A stretch of DNA of 62,203 bases, filler included, from an uncultured virus (IMG/VR IMGVR_UViG_2049941000_000192) (taxonomy: Duplodnaviria; Heunggongvirae; Uroviricota; Caudoviricetes). It is 8 parts of one record of this genome, joined end to end, with 100 filler letters (N's around TTAATTAATTAA, not from the genome) between each part and the next. Parts side by side here need not be neighbours in the genome. Positions count along the whole stretch, not along the records: positions 38,724 to 62,203 come from IMGVR_UViG_2049941000_000192; 7 more parts are not named here. One strand, written 5' to 3'. A program made the translations under genes and the position numbers. This document shows, piece after piece, positions 41,808 to 52,171 of this stretch (the stretch's first letter is position 1; every line of letters begins with the position of its first letter). The notes under the pieces are model-generated. The model saw nothing but the letters and a program-made list of their open reading frames with translations. It ran no database searches and had not been told where the DNA came from.

Positions 41808-41844
41808 ATTTTACCAATTGATACGAAACAAACATTTGTTTCTA

Positions 41845-41879
41845 ATTATATATCTTAAGTTTGATTCGATTTTTTCCAA
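41845..41879 (-). promoter_or_regulatory. Phage B promoter motif upstream of the dut-hydroxymethylase-polymerase operon
   Basis: Minus strand TTGGAA-N18-AGATATATAAT. Confidence 0.65.
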
Positions 41880-42048
41880 ATTTATCTTAAGAAAAAATGA
41901 AATATATATCTTTTGTGGATATTTAAAATTTAATAAATAAAATCAAATAAACGCGTTTTGAGACAGTTTTCGAAAAGGCCTTATAAGGGTATTCAGAAAA
42001 TAAAAAAGTGACCGAGAGGCCACTTTCTGTTTGAAGAATTGAGTATTT

Positions 42049-43713
42049 TTAAGTCAAGTCAAATCGAATTCCGTAGATTTGGAAACGAATGTTATCCGCT
42101 GTACCAAATTCCAGTAGAACTGAGTTGCCAGATCCACAATTACGCCACAACATGGTGTAGTCATTCTTGCCTGGAGCGCCGAAGTTACGGTACAAGTACG
42201 GACCGAAGTTGAGCCCGCGGTCAAACGATACGTGCAAGTACATTCTGTACCGAATATTATTCGTATCGAAGTAAATACCTGTATCGCAGATGACTTCAAC
42301 TTCACGGAGAATCTTTCGGCCGGTGAACTGCATGAATGCTCCACGCACAGACCGCAGGATTGGATCACCGTCAGCATATGTACGGGCATTCTCAACAGCT
42401 TCAAGGATCACGCCATAACGCGAAATGCCGAGGAAGTGACCATCGCGGTTCATAATTGTCCAGTCAATAGCTTTCTTTTTATCTGGACGAACGTAATGCC
42501 ACCAGAAACCCTGCTTTGTCAGAGCATATCCATTGCGGCACGATTCGTCTGTATAAACGACAATCATCGACTGATCTCGAATAGTCAACGGACGAATCCA
42601 GAACGGATGGGCTCCGAGACGTTGCTCAATTTCGTCATTGCTTACGTGCTGGATTTGGCCATTCATGCCGATCGCAGCAATAAAGTCGTTATGCAAAGCA
42701 CCTTTGCAGATCAAGTACAGCGTATCATTAACGATAACAGGTGAACGGCCACCGTAATAAATCGTATTCTGACTATTGTGCTGAATCGGATTGTCAACGT
42801 TACCGGTTGCGCTCCACACTTCGATGGATGTATCATTCAAGAAGTACAACTGGCCCGCGAATGTTACTGCATCAATAAGGTTTGCCGAAGATGCAGTTGA
42901 CGCATACCAAGCCGATATGAGATCGTTCACCAAGGTTGGTTCGCCATTATCGCCAATAGTGTATTGCCACGGAGATCGCGGATAAAGCGCATTGCCGTCA
43001 CCGCTCCACGACGGAGTTGTCCAACGCGATGGATCGATGTTCGTTAACCACACAGTATTCTTACTCGACTGAACAAGAACCAAGCGATTGTCAAACCACG
43101 CAATACTCGAGACATGAATAAGTTTATTCATATCGTAGAATAACGGGTTTACCGCAGGATAATATCCATAACGAGTTGCAGTTGCCGTGTTCGGCATGTT
43201 CACATCATAGAAGAACTGCTTGACGGCTCTGAGGCCCTCTTCAGTTAAAGCATCGGGACTTTCGAAAAGCGGAAGTTGCCACGGCACAAATGCATATGCA
43301 GCATACGAGCGCACTCCGGCAGGAATACGTTCAGGATCCGGCATGTTCGTTGTATTCCAATACCAAACGTTCGTCCCATCGCACATGTACACTTGCGAAG
43401 GTTTCGTAGACGATTCACAAAATGTCACACGTTCAGGAGTCGTAGCGAACTGCATCATGCTCGTTGTATTGAGTTCGTACGAATCACCAACTTCAGTATA
43501 ACGTACAAGCCACAAACGAGTTGTCGTAGCAATGTACATGTTATTAAGACTGTCGACGAATGTCTCCAGCACGTATTCATCAGTGAATGTAACCTTGGCC
43601 CGTTCACCAAGACGATCGATAATGGACTGGCCCATCGGAATCATGTTGTGATAATCCGATGCAGGCCGTCCATCATGGAACGCTTGAATGCCGTTAAAAA
43701 CCGAAACGTCCAT
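42049..43713 (-). CDS. P22 gp10-like tail hub protein (phage B)
   Basis: HNMIPMG, LYFLNDTSIEVW, HVSNDEIEQRL, LHVSFDRGLNFG...WRNCG. Confidence 0.8.
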   Translation of the reverse strand: MDVSVFNGIQAFHDGRPASDYHNMIPMGQSIIDRLGERAKVTFTDEYVLETFVDSLNNMYIATTTRLWLVRYTEVGDSYELNTTSMMQFATTPERVTFCESSTKPSQVYMCDGTNVWYWNTTNMPDPERIPAGVRSYAAYAFVPWQLPLFESPDALTEEGLRAVKQFFYDVNMPNTATATRYGYYPAVNPLFYDMNKLIHVSSIAWFDNRLVLVQSSKNTVWLTNIDPSRWTTPSWSGDGNALYPRSPWQYTIGDNGEPTLVNDLISAWYASTASSANLIDAVTFAGQLYFLNDTSIEVWSATGNVDNPIQHNSQNTIYYGGRSPVIVNDTLYLICKGALHNDFIAAIGMNGQIQHVSNDEIEQRLGAHPFWIRPLTIRDQSMIVVYTDESCRNGYALTKQGFWWHYVRPDKKKAIDWTIMNRDGHFLGISRYGVILEAVENARTYADGDPILRSVRGAFMQFTGRKILREVEVICDTGIYFDTNNIRYRMYLHVSFDRGLNFGPYLYRNFGAPGKNDYTMLWRNCGSGNSVLLEFGTADNIRFQIYGIRFDLT

Positions 43714-44590
43714 ACAACCTCCTGTCAGTGCGAAGTTTGTTCTGCACACGTTCAGAGACGTTCGCCTCATGCAACGGCTGAGGTTTGTTCTTCTTCAGCA
43801 AATTATACGACACGGCTTGTTGCTTTTCCATTGCAGGAAGAGAACTCACGCCGTAGATGATGGCCAGCGAAACTGCCAAACAGTCAATTAAGTACCGACG
43901 GAACTTTTCTGGCGCTTTGATTTCACCAGCAAAATCGTGTGTGGCATTCACAATTTGAAGAGGTACAGGCAAAATCAAAACTTTCGGAACGTTGGTTCCC
44001 TTTATAAGAACGATTAACTGGTCATCATATTCTTCGGTTGTATATACGCCAGGAATCGTATCGAGAACCGTACGTTCGAACTCGTCGCGATAAAGGTATC
44101 CATGTTCAAAGCGCGATGTACTTTCAATAACTGATTCAACTCGCATAGGCGGAAAATCGATATTGTAGCCAGGCACAATGTTACAGTTAACGTTATCGCT
44201 GCCAGCAACGAGCTTCATGTCAGTTGTCCACATTGCAAGATACATCGGTTCACCGAGATCCGTTTCAGGCCACGTTGTAATTCCGAGCCTTGCGAGTTCA
44301 TCAGACCAGTGTGAATCGAGTTCAGTAGAATTGTACTGCGAATAACCAAGCAACTTCCAACCATCACGAGGCTTGAACGGCTTGAGTACAATTCTGCCAC
44401 CAACAGGTTGATATACGCGGCTCGTAACCGTGATGTCGAGAGTGCGGTCACAGTTAATACTGGGCAAAATTTCAGAGGCGAGAACATTTCGTCCTGCCTC
44501 TTGTACATCGTCCGGAAGTTCATCACGATTAAACGACGAAACAATACCGGCCTTAAAAGCCGCGGACTGGATTAACTCTACCACGTCCAT
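43694..44590 (-). CDS. P22 gp4-like head-tail adaptor (phage B)
   Basis: ELIQSAAFKAGIV N-terminus and APEKFRRYLIDCLAVSLA; GGAGG RBS. Confidence 0.65.
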   Translation of the reverse strand: MDVVELIQSAAFKAGIVSSFNRDELPDDVQEAGRNVLASEILPSINCDRTLDITVTSRVYQPVGGRIVLKPFKPRDGWKLLGYSQYNSTELDSHWSDELARLGITTWPETDLGEPMYLAMWTTDMKLVAGSDNVNCNIVPGYNIDFPPMRVESVIESTSRFEHGYLYRDEFERTVLDTIPGVYTTEEYDDQLIVLIKGTNVPKVLILPVPLQIVNATHDFAGEIKAPEKFRRYLIDCLAVSLAIIYGVSSLPAMEKQQAVSYNLLKKNKPQPLHEANVSERVQNKLRTDRRLYGRFGF

Positions 44591-45977
44591 ATGCACCTCC
44601 ATATGTAGGTCGATTCAGATTAATGTTGTTTTGAACAGCTGCAGTTACGTTCTGCAAATGTCTATTACGGTTATGTAAGAATGTAATACCTTGGACTACG
44701 GAGTCAACGATGTCGTCGTGACGTCCATGCGGGAACTGCGTGAACTGCGATTGAATTTCGCCCCACACGAATCCACGCACTGTAAACTTCACGTTCATAC
44801 TATCAAATAAGTATTTCACCAAGAGAGCACGTTCGATCTTATCCTTGTTCGGAGTGGTTTCCATAATACCATTCATTTCTCGGCGCAAGATCTGCATTGC
44901 CGCAACACCGTTTGCCTTTGCTTCAAACAATACAGGTGTCTCTTGCCCATACCGTTTACGAAGTTCACGAATCTTTTGGCACAGCACCGTAACGTCTGCG
45001 TGGAAATTTTGTACTTCCATAACATAATAGTCCACACCGTTCGTGCCAATAACAGAGACCGCGTTGTAGTCATTATTAATATCGCCTTTCATTGCAGCAT
45101 CGACACTAATTACAGTCTTAAGCGACTTTAGTGTAGGACGATCAGCCGACAGCACGAGCTTATGGCGTTCGAACAAGTTACCAATGTCGTCAAGCGGTGT
45201 TTGCAAGAACTGCGCGTTTAATGTGAACGGGTCGTTCTTGTACGTGTTAATCTCTTCAAGAGGTAAACGTTCAGGACAAAGAGGAGTACCATCACTGTTA
45301 ATCGCAGGAAAGTTTGCATGCACCCACTTTTCATTCGAGCCTCCAGCCAACAAGAATCCGGTCAAGTCATTCGACGCAATTCTTTGTTGAATGACGATAA
45401 TAGGTACGTCCGGATTATTAATACGGTTACGGATTGTACTCATGAATACGCCATTGCGCTTGCTGAGTACGGTCGGCGATGTTCTATCGGACGGCTTATT
45501 CGGGTCATCAAGAATAAGCATCGTGCTACAACCAGAACCAGTAATGTTGTTACCAGATCCACGTGCAATAATCATACCAGTTGCATTGTTCGTCCACTCA
45601 GTTTTACCGTCGTTCTTAGAACGCATCAAAAGCGCGCCAATGTCAAAATGCTTGGCGAGCCACACGAGGATGTCTTGAATTTCGGAGTTCTTACGAGCGA
45701 CCAATGCCTTGTCGTACGAAACATACATGATAGTACTTGCTGGATTCCGCAAGAACTGCCATGCGATAAAGTGCTTTATGATTTCGGTTTTGCCAATACG
45801 AGGAGGCGCATTGATTATCAGACGACGAATCTTGTCGCTATCAAGCAACAGGTCGATCAAATCATTATGAAACTTATAGAACCCGAACTTTTCTTTGTAT
45901 ATATGCTGAAAACAATATCCGAGGAAGAATCGGAAATTTTCTTTGCATAGCTTAAGTTCGAGTTCTAATTGAGTCAT
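44553..45977 (-). CDS. terL: Terminase large subunit (phage B)
   Basis: Walker A INAPPRIGKT, Walker B LILDDP, IVIQQR, nuclease ISVDAA and HDDIVDS. Confidence 0.92.
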   Translation of the reverse strand: MTQLELELKLCKENFRFFLGYCFQHIYKEKFGFYKFHNDLIDLLLDSDKIRRLIINAPPRIGKTEIIKHFIAWQFLRNPASTIMYVSYDKALVARKNSEIQDILVWLAKHFDIGALLMRSKNDGKTEWTNNATGMIIARGSGNNITGSGCSTMLILDDPNKPSDRTSPTVLSKRNGVFMSTIRNRINNPDVPIIVIQQRIASNDLTGFLLAGGSNEKWVHANFPAINSDGTPLCPERLPLEEINTYKNDPFTLNAQFLQTPLDDIGNLFERHKLVLSADRPTLKSLKTVISVDAAMKGDINNDYNAVSVIGTNGVDYYVMEVQNFHADVTVLCQKIRELRKRYGQETPVLFEAKANGVAAMQILRREMNGIMETTPNKDKIERALLVKYLFDSMNVKFTVRGFVWGEIQSQFTQFPHGRHDDIVDSVVQGITFLHNRNRHLQNVTAAVQNNINLNRPTYGGAYGRGRVNPVRGF

Positions 45978-46984
45978 TATTCGACTACCGTAAAGAATGT
46001 ACCGGGTTGAGGTCTGTAAATTGTTAATACTTTCTTAGTGGCTAGTGACGTTACACTTGTCAACCAACGCACCGTGATTGTTTCAGCTGTGTCATTTATG
46101 ATTTGAAGCTTGTTAAAGTCATCGGCATTCAATGTTGCGATGTGCGGTGCCGATGACAAGAACGTACCGGCGATGTACACGGTCGGTCCGACCACATCGA
46201 GATTACCGCCATGCAGCTGTTCCGCCGCGACAATTGTATATCCGGTTTGTTCACTGGCAGATGTATTCAACATCTTGAAAACGATTGTTTCATCTGACTT
46301 GAACATAATGCCAAACTGGCCTGGCGCAATTATAATCGGATTGGACAAATCGTCAATGGCCATCTTGACGCTGTATCTATCATCTTTGTTGTAGATAACA
46401 ATTGTTTGGCCATCGCGCAAAGGACCACCGACCACAAATTTTGCTTCGTCAACTGCAAGCGACTTGAACGTAATGATATGCGTCCATTCGTTTGTGCCAA
46501 CACTTTCCCAGCTATCGACAGAACCACCAGTGACAATGACTTCACTTTCTGCCCAAACGTTGTTAAGATTTGCTTCAGATCGCAGTAAGTAATCGGGCAA
46601 ATGAATTTCAGTGTCGGAAAGATTTCCGCTCTGTTCACTGCCTTGACCATTGAAGAAATACAACTTCTTCACTTTGGTATTTGTGCCGGTATCACCAGCA
46701 TGCAAAATCCACTGAATAGGCCAGCTTGTACCACCGTCAAGCGATACTTCGATGATTGCATCTTCATCAACAGCAAGACAATTCACCTTCTGCTGGCCAC
46801 CAGAGCGCATAATATATCCGTTCTGGTCGGTGCTCACTTCGAGGCCAATGTCATCGTACTGTGTCTCATCTTCGACGTTTGTCATATCGAAGAACTTAAT
46901 ACGAGTGGTTTTACCTTCGTCAGAAAACGCGCGAAGTTTCGCATTACGGTACATCGTACGATGCGGATCAAACACTTGAATCAT
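45977..46984 (-). CDS. Tailspike/fibre-like protein with head-binding-type N-terminus (phage B)
   Basis: VSTDQNGYI segment resembles P22 head-binding domain; beta-rich C-terminus. Confidence 0.5.
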   Translation of the reverse strand: MIQVFDPHRTMYRNAKLRAFSDEGKTTRIKFFDMTNVEDETQYDDIGLEVSTDQNGYIMRSGGQQKVNCLAVDEDAIIEVSLDGGTSWPIQWILHAGDTGTNTKVKKLYFFNGQGSEQSGNLSDTEIHLPDYLLRSEANLNNVWAESEVIVTGGSVDSWESVGTNEWTHIITFKSLAVDEAKFVVGGPLRDGQTIVIYNKDDRYSVKMAIDDLSNPIIIAPGQFGIMFKSDETIVFKMLNTSASEQTGYTIVAAEQLHGGNLDVVGPTVYIAGTFLSSAPHIATLNADDFNKLQIINDTAETITVRWLTSVTSLATKKVLTIYRPQPGTFFTVVE

Positions 46985-47394
46985 TCTGCATACTCCTCAG
47001 GATTATTTTGCATGTCGCGAAGTTTACTAATTGGAATCAAAGACACATCAGTGTCGAGCAAATCCCACGGATCACCAGTTTCTGGCCAGTACTTCTTTGC
47101 ACCAGACGGAAGCTTTGAGCGAACAAATTGGTTGGCATCATTTACCGCTGAACCTACATCAGGTATAAACCATAGCGGATTGGCAGAAACCATAGACGCC
47201 GTGATTGCCGCACCTGTAGGAGTCGCGATAAAATCAAGTGCCTGCTCAGGAATAGACGGCTGATACTCGAACTCTTCCGGGTCGAGCGCCATTATCATAT
47301 CCCACTGTTCAGACGGTGTAGCACGAAGATCGGCCTTGTTCTTGCCGACTGAACTACCACCGATAAGAAGATCGTCCCAAGTCTTATCACTCAT
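46981..47394 (-). CDS. Hypothetical virion-module protein
   Basis: MSDKTWDD start with GAGG RBS; overlapping neighbours. Confidence 0.5.
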   Translation of the reverse strand: MSDKTWDDLLIGGSSVGKNKADLRATPSEQWDMIMALDPEEFEYQPSIPEQALDFIATPTGAAITASMVSANPLWFIPDVGSAVNDANQFVRSKLPSGAKKYWPETGDPWDLLDTDVSLIPISKLRDMQNNPEEYAE

Positions 47395-48769
47395 TGGTCT
47401 TCCTCCCAGTCGGCAAAATATATTTACCAAACAGTTCGGTAGCAACAGGCAAAGCGAAACCACCAGCACGGCCTAAGCGGCGTCCCCACTTTTGGCCGAA
47501 CGTTTTCGGTTTACCGGCATTTTCGTATTCTTTCTGCGAAACGATCTCGCCAGTTCCAGTTGCACGACCACGATTCTGCGGCTTCTTCTTAGAGTTCGGA
47601 AGTTTTGCGCGGCGTTCATGCCAATCGACGAGAGCACCTTTCCACTTCTCATTAAGAACCGGATCGGACATTTCGGCATCAGTTGCCACAATATCAGCAA
47701 CAGCCGGATGTTCACCACGAAGAGAATGAATCTGCTTCACGTAATCGCGATGATCCATTGCAGGTGTTTCTTTTGTGGGAAACATCATCATGCCAAGATT
47801 ACGTTTTGGATGATACCATGCTTCAGAAAGGGCTTTCTGTACGCCAGCCACGTCGACCGACTGCGGATTAATTCCCTTGGCTTGAAGCCACTTAATAGTA
47901 ACATCTTCATCAATGAGGTTCTTGCCTTTACGAGAAAGTACCTTAGAACCTTGAGCAGCCATAACAGGAGGTTGGCGTTTCAAAGTCATTTGCGGAGATG
48001 GCAACTTTGCGTCAGTCGGAAAATCCATAAGCGGAGCATCACGCCATTCTTGCAATGTGTACGGAGCTTCACCGGCTTTGAAACGATCCATGATGTTTTG
48101 TCTCAGTGTAGGATCGATCTGGCCCTTCTTGCCAAGGCGCATCTTACGGCGAATGATTTCATCAAGTTCACGTTGTACTTGTCCGGCATCAGAGAAGTGC
48201 CTAACAAGAGCCGTACCGCCAGCCGCTGCCGCAGCCGTCAAAAGAGCATTCGGAGCCGATTCATTGTACAAAGCGTCGTCACGTGCAATACCAACAATAT
48301 TGTTCGCAAGATCGGTACCAGCTGAAATCATCGCAGCACCTGGAATAACCTTCTTAGACAAAGGTTTTGCAGCAGCAATAACCGGGCCGGCATAATGTCC
48401 CATCGCGCCAGTTACGTCTTGAGCAACATCCGCAGATGCGCTACGCTGATTGGCACGAATCGGATCACCAGCTTGACCACTCATCGGGTTCACCATTTGA
48501 TACTGGCTACGCGGAGCAAACGCGGCACCAATAACTCGACCAGCTGCAGAACGCGTGGGTTCTTTACCGATTACGGCATGTTCAGCTTCGGCCGGAGTGT
48601 TATATGTATACGAAGATTTGAATAACGGATGAGTATTCGGAATAACAACAAGACGCTTAGACTTCTTGTCAATACCAAAACGTACAGTTCCAGCTGTAGC
48701 CTCTGCGGCCCAGTCTTTCTCTGCACTAAGGATTCCTGCTTCGTCAACTGTATAAGCATTCGGTTTCAT
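47387..48769 (-). CDS. Ejection-like virion protein (phage B)
   Basis: Ala/Gly-rich hydrophobic segments; TAATG coupling; position after the pilot-like gene. Confidence 0.5.
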   Translation of the reverse strand: MKPNAYTVDEAGILSAEKDWAAEATAGTVRFGIDKKSKRLVVIPNTHPLFKSSYTYNTPAEAEHAVIGKEPTRSAAGRVIGAAFAPRSQYQMVNPMSGQAGDPIRANQRSASADVAQDVTGAMGHYAGPVIAAAKPLSKKVIPGAAMISAGTDLANNIVGIARDDALYNESAPNALLTAAAAAGGTALVRHFSDAGQVQRELDEIIRRKMRLGKKGQIDPTLRQNIMDRFKAGEAPYTLQEWRDAPLMDFPTDAKLPSPQMTLKRQPPVMAAQGSKVLSRKGKNLIDEDVTIKWLQAKGINPQSVDVAGVQKALSEAWYHPKRNLGMMMFPTKETPAMDHRDYVKQIHSLRGEHPAVADIVATDAEMSDPVLNEKWKGALVDWHERRAKLPNSKKKPQNRGRATGTGEIVSQKEYENAGKPKTFGQKWGRRLGRAGGFALPVATELFGKYILPTGRKTNE

Positions 48770-50430
48770 TATCCAGCAAGCTCCACGCTATTAAGGTCAA
48801 TTGTAATTCCGGTACCATTGCCTTGAGGCAAACCATTCTGTTCTTGTTGTTCAATATTCTCAGACGGATTTCCCTTCGGATTTTCGTCGCGAAGATATTC
48901 AACAATAAGATTTTTATAGTTTGTAGGTTTGAGCAACGGACTCGGAGAAACTTGGCGACTGAGATCATCAAAGTCAATAACTCTATCTTCAAGAACTTTA
49001 GCGCGTTCAGGACGATGCGCACGTTCCGCAAAGTCGTTATACTTACGAGCAGCAAGATCGTGCAGTTCTTTAGCCTGCATGTAAACATACGACGGATCGA
49101 CGTCAGCCGCAAGCATCATGTTCTGCATGTACATATCGTGGGCATTCTTACCAGCGGCAAGTGCTTCACTCAAACCGACAGCAAGTTCACGTTCCTGCGG
49201 ACTCAACGACGGCAAGATGTCTTCGACATTCTTGATCATCATCGCAGCAGCACCACTGATGTTCTTCTTACCATTCTGAGCAAGAGCCAACTTAGCGGAT
49301 TCTGCAGCACGATTCAAACGGCCGATAATGTCCTGGCTCCAGCCCTTCTGACGCCCATAGTTCATGACACTTTCAAGGAATTCACGGTAGCCAGCGATCT
49401 CCTGCTTAACCAATTCCATAGAACTTTCAGGCAGCGACAAGATCTGGATACGTTGCTTTTCAGCATCGGCCATCGATTTAGAGTCACCGCCAAGTTCTGC
49501 AGCGAGAGCCTGAGAGACCTTATCGAGATAGTTCTTAATGAATTGCTGTGTGTGCGGTTCATTCCAAGAACCATTCTTCCACCAATTATAGATGTTGTCC
49601 ATGGCATCTTCGGTGTACGAAAGCATCTGTTGATACTGCGTCGGAGATGTACGCATGAGGTCAGCACGCTTGCCTTCAACAGTCGGAACAGGCTCAAGAT
49701 CGACAGACGAACCTTCGCCAAATACAGATTCGTAGCGCTGTTTGAACGCATCACGCCATTGTGCAGCGGACTCAGCAGTACCACCAAATTCGTCGAAATT
49801 GCCTTGAACAATCTTGTTGATGTGGTCTTTCCACATGTTAATCATGTTCGCACGCTGACGTTCAGTCGCAACAGGCGTCATCATGCCATTAGCTTTTTGC
49901 TGAGTCGCGGCTTGTTTAAGCATCTGAGCAAGCCATGCATTCTCACGATCAACGCCATTCCAAACGGTTTCGTTCCACTTAGAACCAGGCGGCATGAACC
50001 TATGTTCGAGTGCCCAATGCCATCGCATGCCGTTTCTCGCGGCTTCAAGTTCATCGTCAGACGGTCTCAGCATACGAGAAAAGAAGTTATCGCCGCTCTT
50101 ACCAGGCACAACTTTCGTACCAGGTTTTGCTTCGACATAGCGAATTCCGTCATTTTCCACGGGCTTTTCTTCAGCAGGTTTGTCTTCTTTGAACGGTCCA
50201 TCGTTACGAGTTGTCCAGCCAGTTGCCAAACCCTTAGGCACTTTGCCAGTCTGAATAGAGCCAAAACCGCGTCCTTGAGGCGCTAGTGTAGGCAATAACA
50301 ACGGACGATAAGTGCTCGCCTCGTCACGATTCTTCTGGCGATTTTTCTTAGGAAGACCAGCGTAACGCGGAATTTCATTCGGAATTTCGATCGCCACGTA
50401 GGTATCATCTGGTTCAAATCCGGTGGCCAT
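48769..50430 (-). CDS. Ejection-like virion protein (phage B)
   Basis: Long helical ORF, TAATG-coupled on both sides. Confidence 0.5.
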   Translation of the reverse strand: MATGFEPDDTYVAIEIPNEIPRYAGLPKKNRQKNRDEASTYRPLLLPTLAPQGRGFGSIQTGKVPKGLATGWTTRNDGPFKEDKPAEEKPVENDGIRYVEAKPGTKVVPGKSGDNFFSRMLRPSDDELEAARNGMRWHWALEHRFMPPGSKWNETVWNGVDRENAWLAQMLKQAATQQKANGMMTPVATERQRANMINMWKDHINKIVQGNFDEFGGTAESAAQWRDAFKQRYESVFGEGSSVDLEPVPTVEGKRADLMRTSPTQYQQMLSYTEDAMDNIYNWWKNGSWNEPHTQQFIKNYLDKVSQALAAELGGDSKSMADAEKQRIQILSLPESSMELVKQEIAGYREFLESVMNYGRQKGWSQDIIGRLNRAAESAKLALAQNGKKNISGAAAMMIKNVEDILPSLSPQERELAVGLSEALAAGKNAHDMYMQNMMLAADVDPSYVYMQAKELHDLAARKYNDFAERAHRPERAKVLEDRVIDFDDLSRQVSPSPLLKPTNYKNLIVEYLRDENPKGNPSENIEQQEQNGLPQGNGTGITIDLNSVELAG

Positions 50431-51544
50431 TAGAGTGTCCCCCATGCTTGATAGGTAGTTTCTCCGAGTTCAGGCATACCAGCAAACTTGCGTTTCTTGG
50501 ACTCCGCCTTACCTGCAGCCTGTGCATCTTCACGCGAAATAATCGGCGCATCCCAAGCTTCAGGCACCAGAACTTTGTTACCAACTTCAACAGGAAGACC
50601 GACCACCATGTTGCTTCCATAGTCAAGAAGGTCCTGATCCCAGCCGACAGGTTCTTCGCGAGTCATGCTCATATCGAGATTTGGATCATAGCCAGCCATT
50701 TGCAATTCGGGATTTTGGATTTCGTCAACTGTTTCAGCCGGCTTATCTTTACCACTGAAAAGACTCGCAATCCAATTACGAGTATCAGGAGAAAGAGACT
50801 GCCACATGTTATAAAGACCAATGATCTGTTTTACGGGCTTCGGCCCTTCAGTAGGNNNNNNNNNNTTGTTGATACTGCGTCGGTGATGTACGCATGAGGT
50901 CTGCGCGCTTGCCTTCAACAGTCGGGACAGGTTCAAGATCGACAGACGAACCTTCGCCAAATACCGATTCATAGCGCTGTTTGAAAGCATCACGCCATTG
51001 TGCGGCGGACTCAGCAGTGCCACCATATTCGTCAAAATTGCCTTGAATAATCTTATTGATGTGGTCTTTCCACATGTTAATCATGTTCGCACGCTGACGT
51101 TCAGTNNNNNNNNNNGCCTGCGCAAGACTTCCATACGGGCTTCCTGCGTATCTTTGTTTTCCTGCTGCCATTGCTTGAACATGATTTCGAAACGTTTGAT
51201 ACGTTCCTGAGATGCAACCCATTCGGCCTGGCGTTCCATACGCTGTGTGGCCATGATCTGGAGTTGCGTAATACGATTCTGCTGCGCGGCGATCGTTTGC
51301 TGCTGTTGCTGTAACTGTTGTTTGAGTTTGACAACGAGCGGACTCGCNNNNNNNNNNAATTTTGGATTTCGTCAACTGTTTCAGCCGGCCTGTCTTTACC
51401 ACGGAAGAAACTCGCAATCCAATTACGAGTATCAGGAGAAAGAGACTGCCACATATTATAAAGACCGATAATCTGTTTTACGGGCTTCGGTCCTTCAGTA
51501 GGAGTATAACTTATATGAGGACCACTTGCACTAAACCTTGTCAT
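50430..51544 (-). CDS. Small virion-module protein, interrupted in the scaffold by inserted allele fragments
   Basis: N-terminus MTRFSASGPH at 51544; PTEGPKPVKQIIG present on both sides of the gaps. Confidence 0.5.
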
Positions 51545-51554
51545 ATGTTACTCC

Positions 51555-52169
51555 TTAAAAGAGGTTACCAAACCACGATTGATCTTGCCCACTCACCTGA
51601 CCACCGGCTTGAGCAATATCCATATCCTTAGTATACTGAGTGCCAGCCATATCCGCCTGCAACTGTCCCCACTGGAGCGTCGGCATGAGATTCGCTTCGA
51701 GGTTTGCACCATAAATACCTTGCTTGTTCTTCGCGTCAGCCAGTGCCTGCTGAAGCGCATTATTCCACATACTAGTCGATTGCTCGCCGACGTTACGGAC
51801 AACGGCGTTATTTGCGGCAGAACTCTGAAGAGACGAACCAGCACCTGCAAGAGCTTGATCGGCGGCACCTGCAAGCGCGTTACCGTACATCGGATTTACA
51901 AAGCTCTGTACATTTTCAGGACTAGCCGCATCTTCAGTGCCAAGCATACGCGTGCTGTAGTCAGCAAGCACGTAGTCCATGTTACGGTTCTTCATTGCAC
52001 CACCGTACATATCGAGTACGGGCTGCATGTTATTCTTCAAAGAGGTCTGGGCGGTATTTGCGCCAGCCTTCATCGTGTTAAAGCCACGTTCGCCAGCCTT
52101 AGTATCAGTAAGACCAATTGCATCAGTAGCACCTTTGACGACACTACCCCACCAATTACCGATTCCCAT
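51555..52169 (-). CDS. DNA ejection/pilot protein (P22 gp7-like; phage B)
   Basis: MGIGNWWGS..., FVNPM...AGSSLQSSAANNAV parallels phage A YLDPN...GGMTGGAAARAL. Confidence 0.6.
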   Translation of the reverse strand: MGIGNWWGSVVKGATDAIGLTDTKAGERGFNTMKAGANTAQTSLKNNMQPVLDMYGGAMKNRNMDYVLADYSTRMLGTEDAASPENVQSFVNPMYGNALAGAADQALAGAGSSLQSSAANNAVVRNVGEQSTSMWNNALQQALADAKNKQGIYGANLEANLMPTLQWGQLQADMAGTQYTKDMDIAQAGGQVSGQDQSWFGNLF

Positions 52170-52171
52170 GA

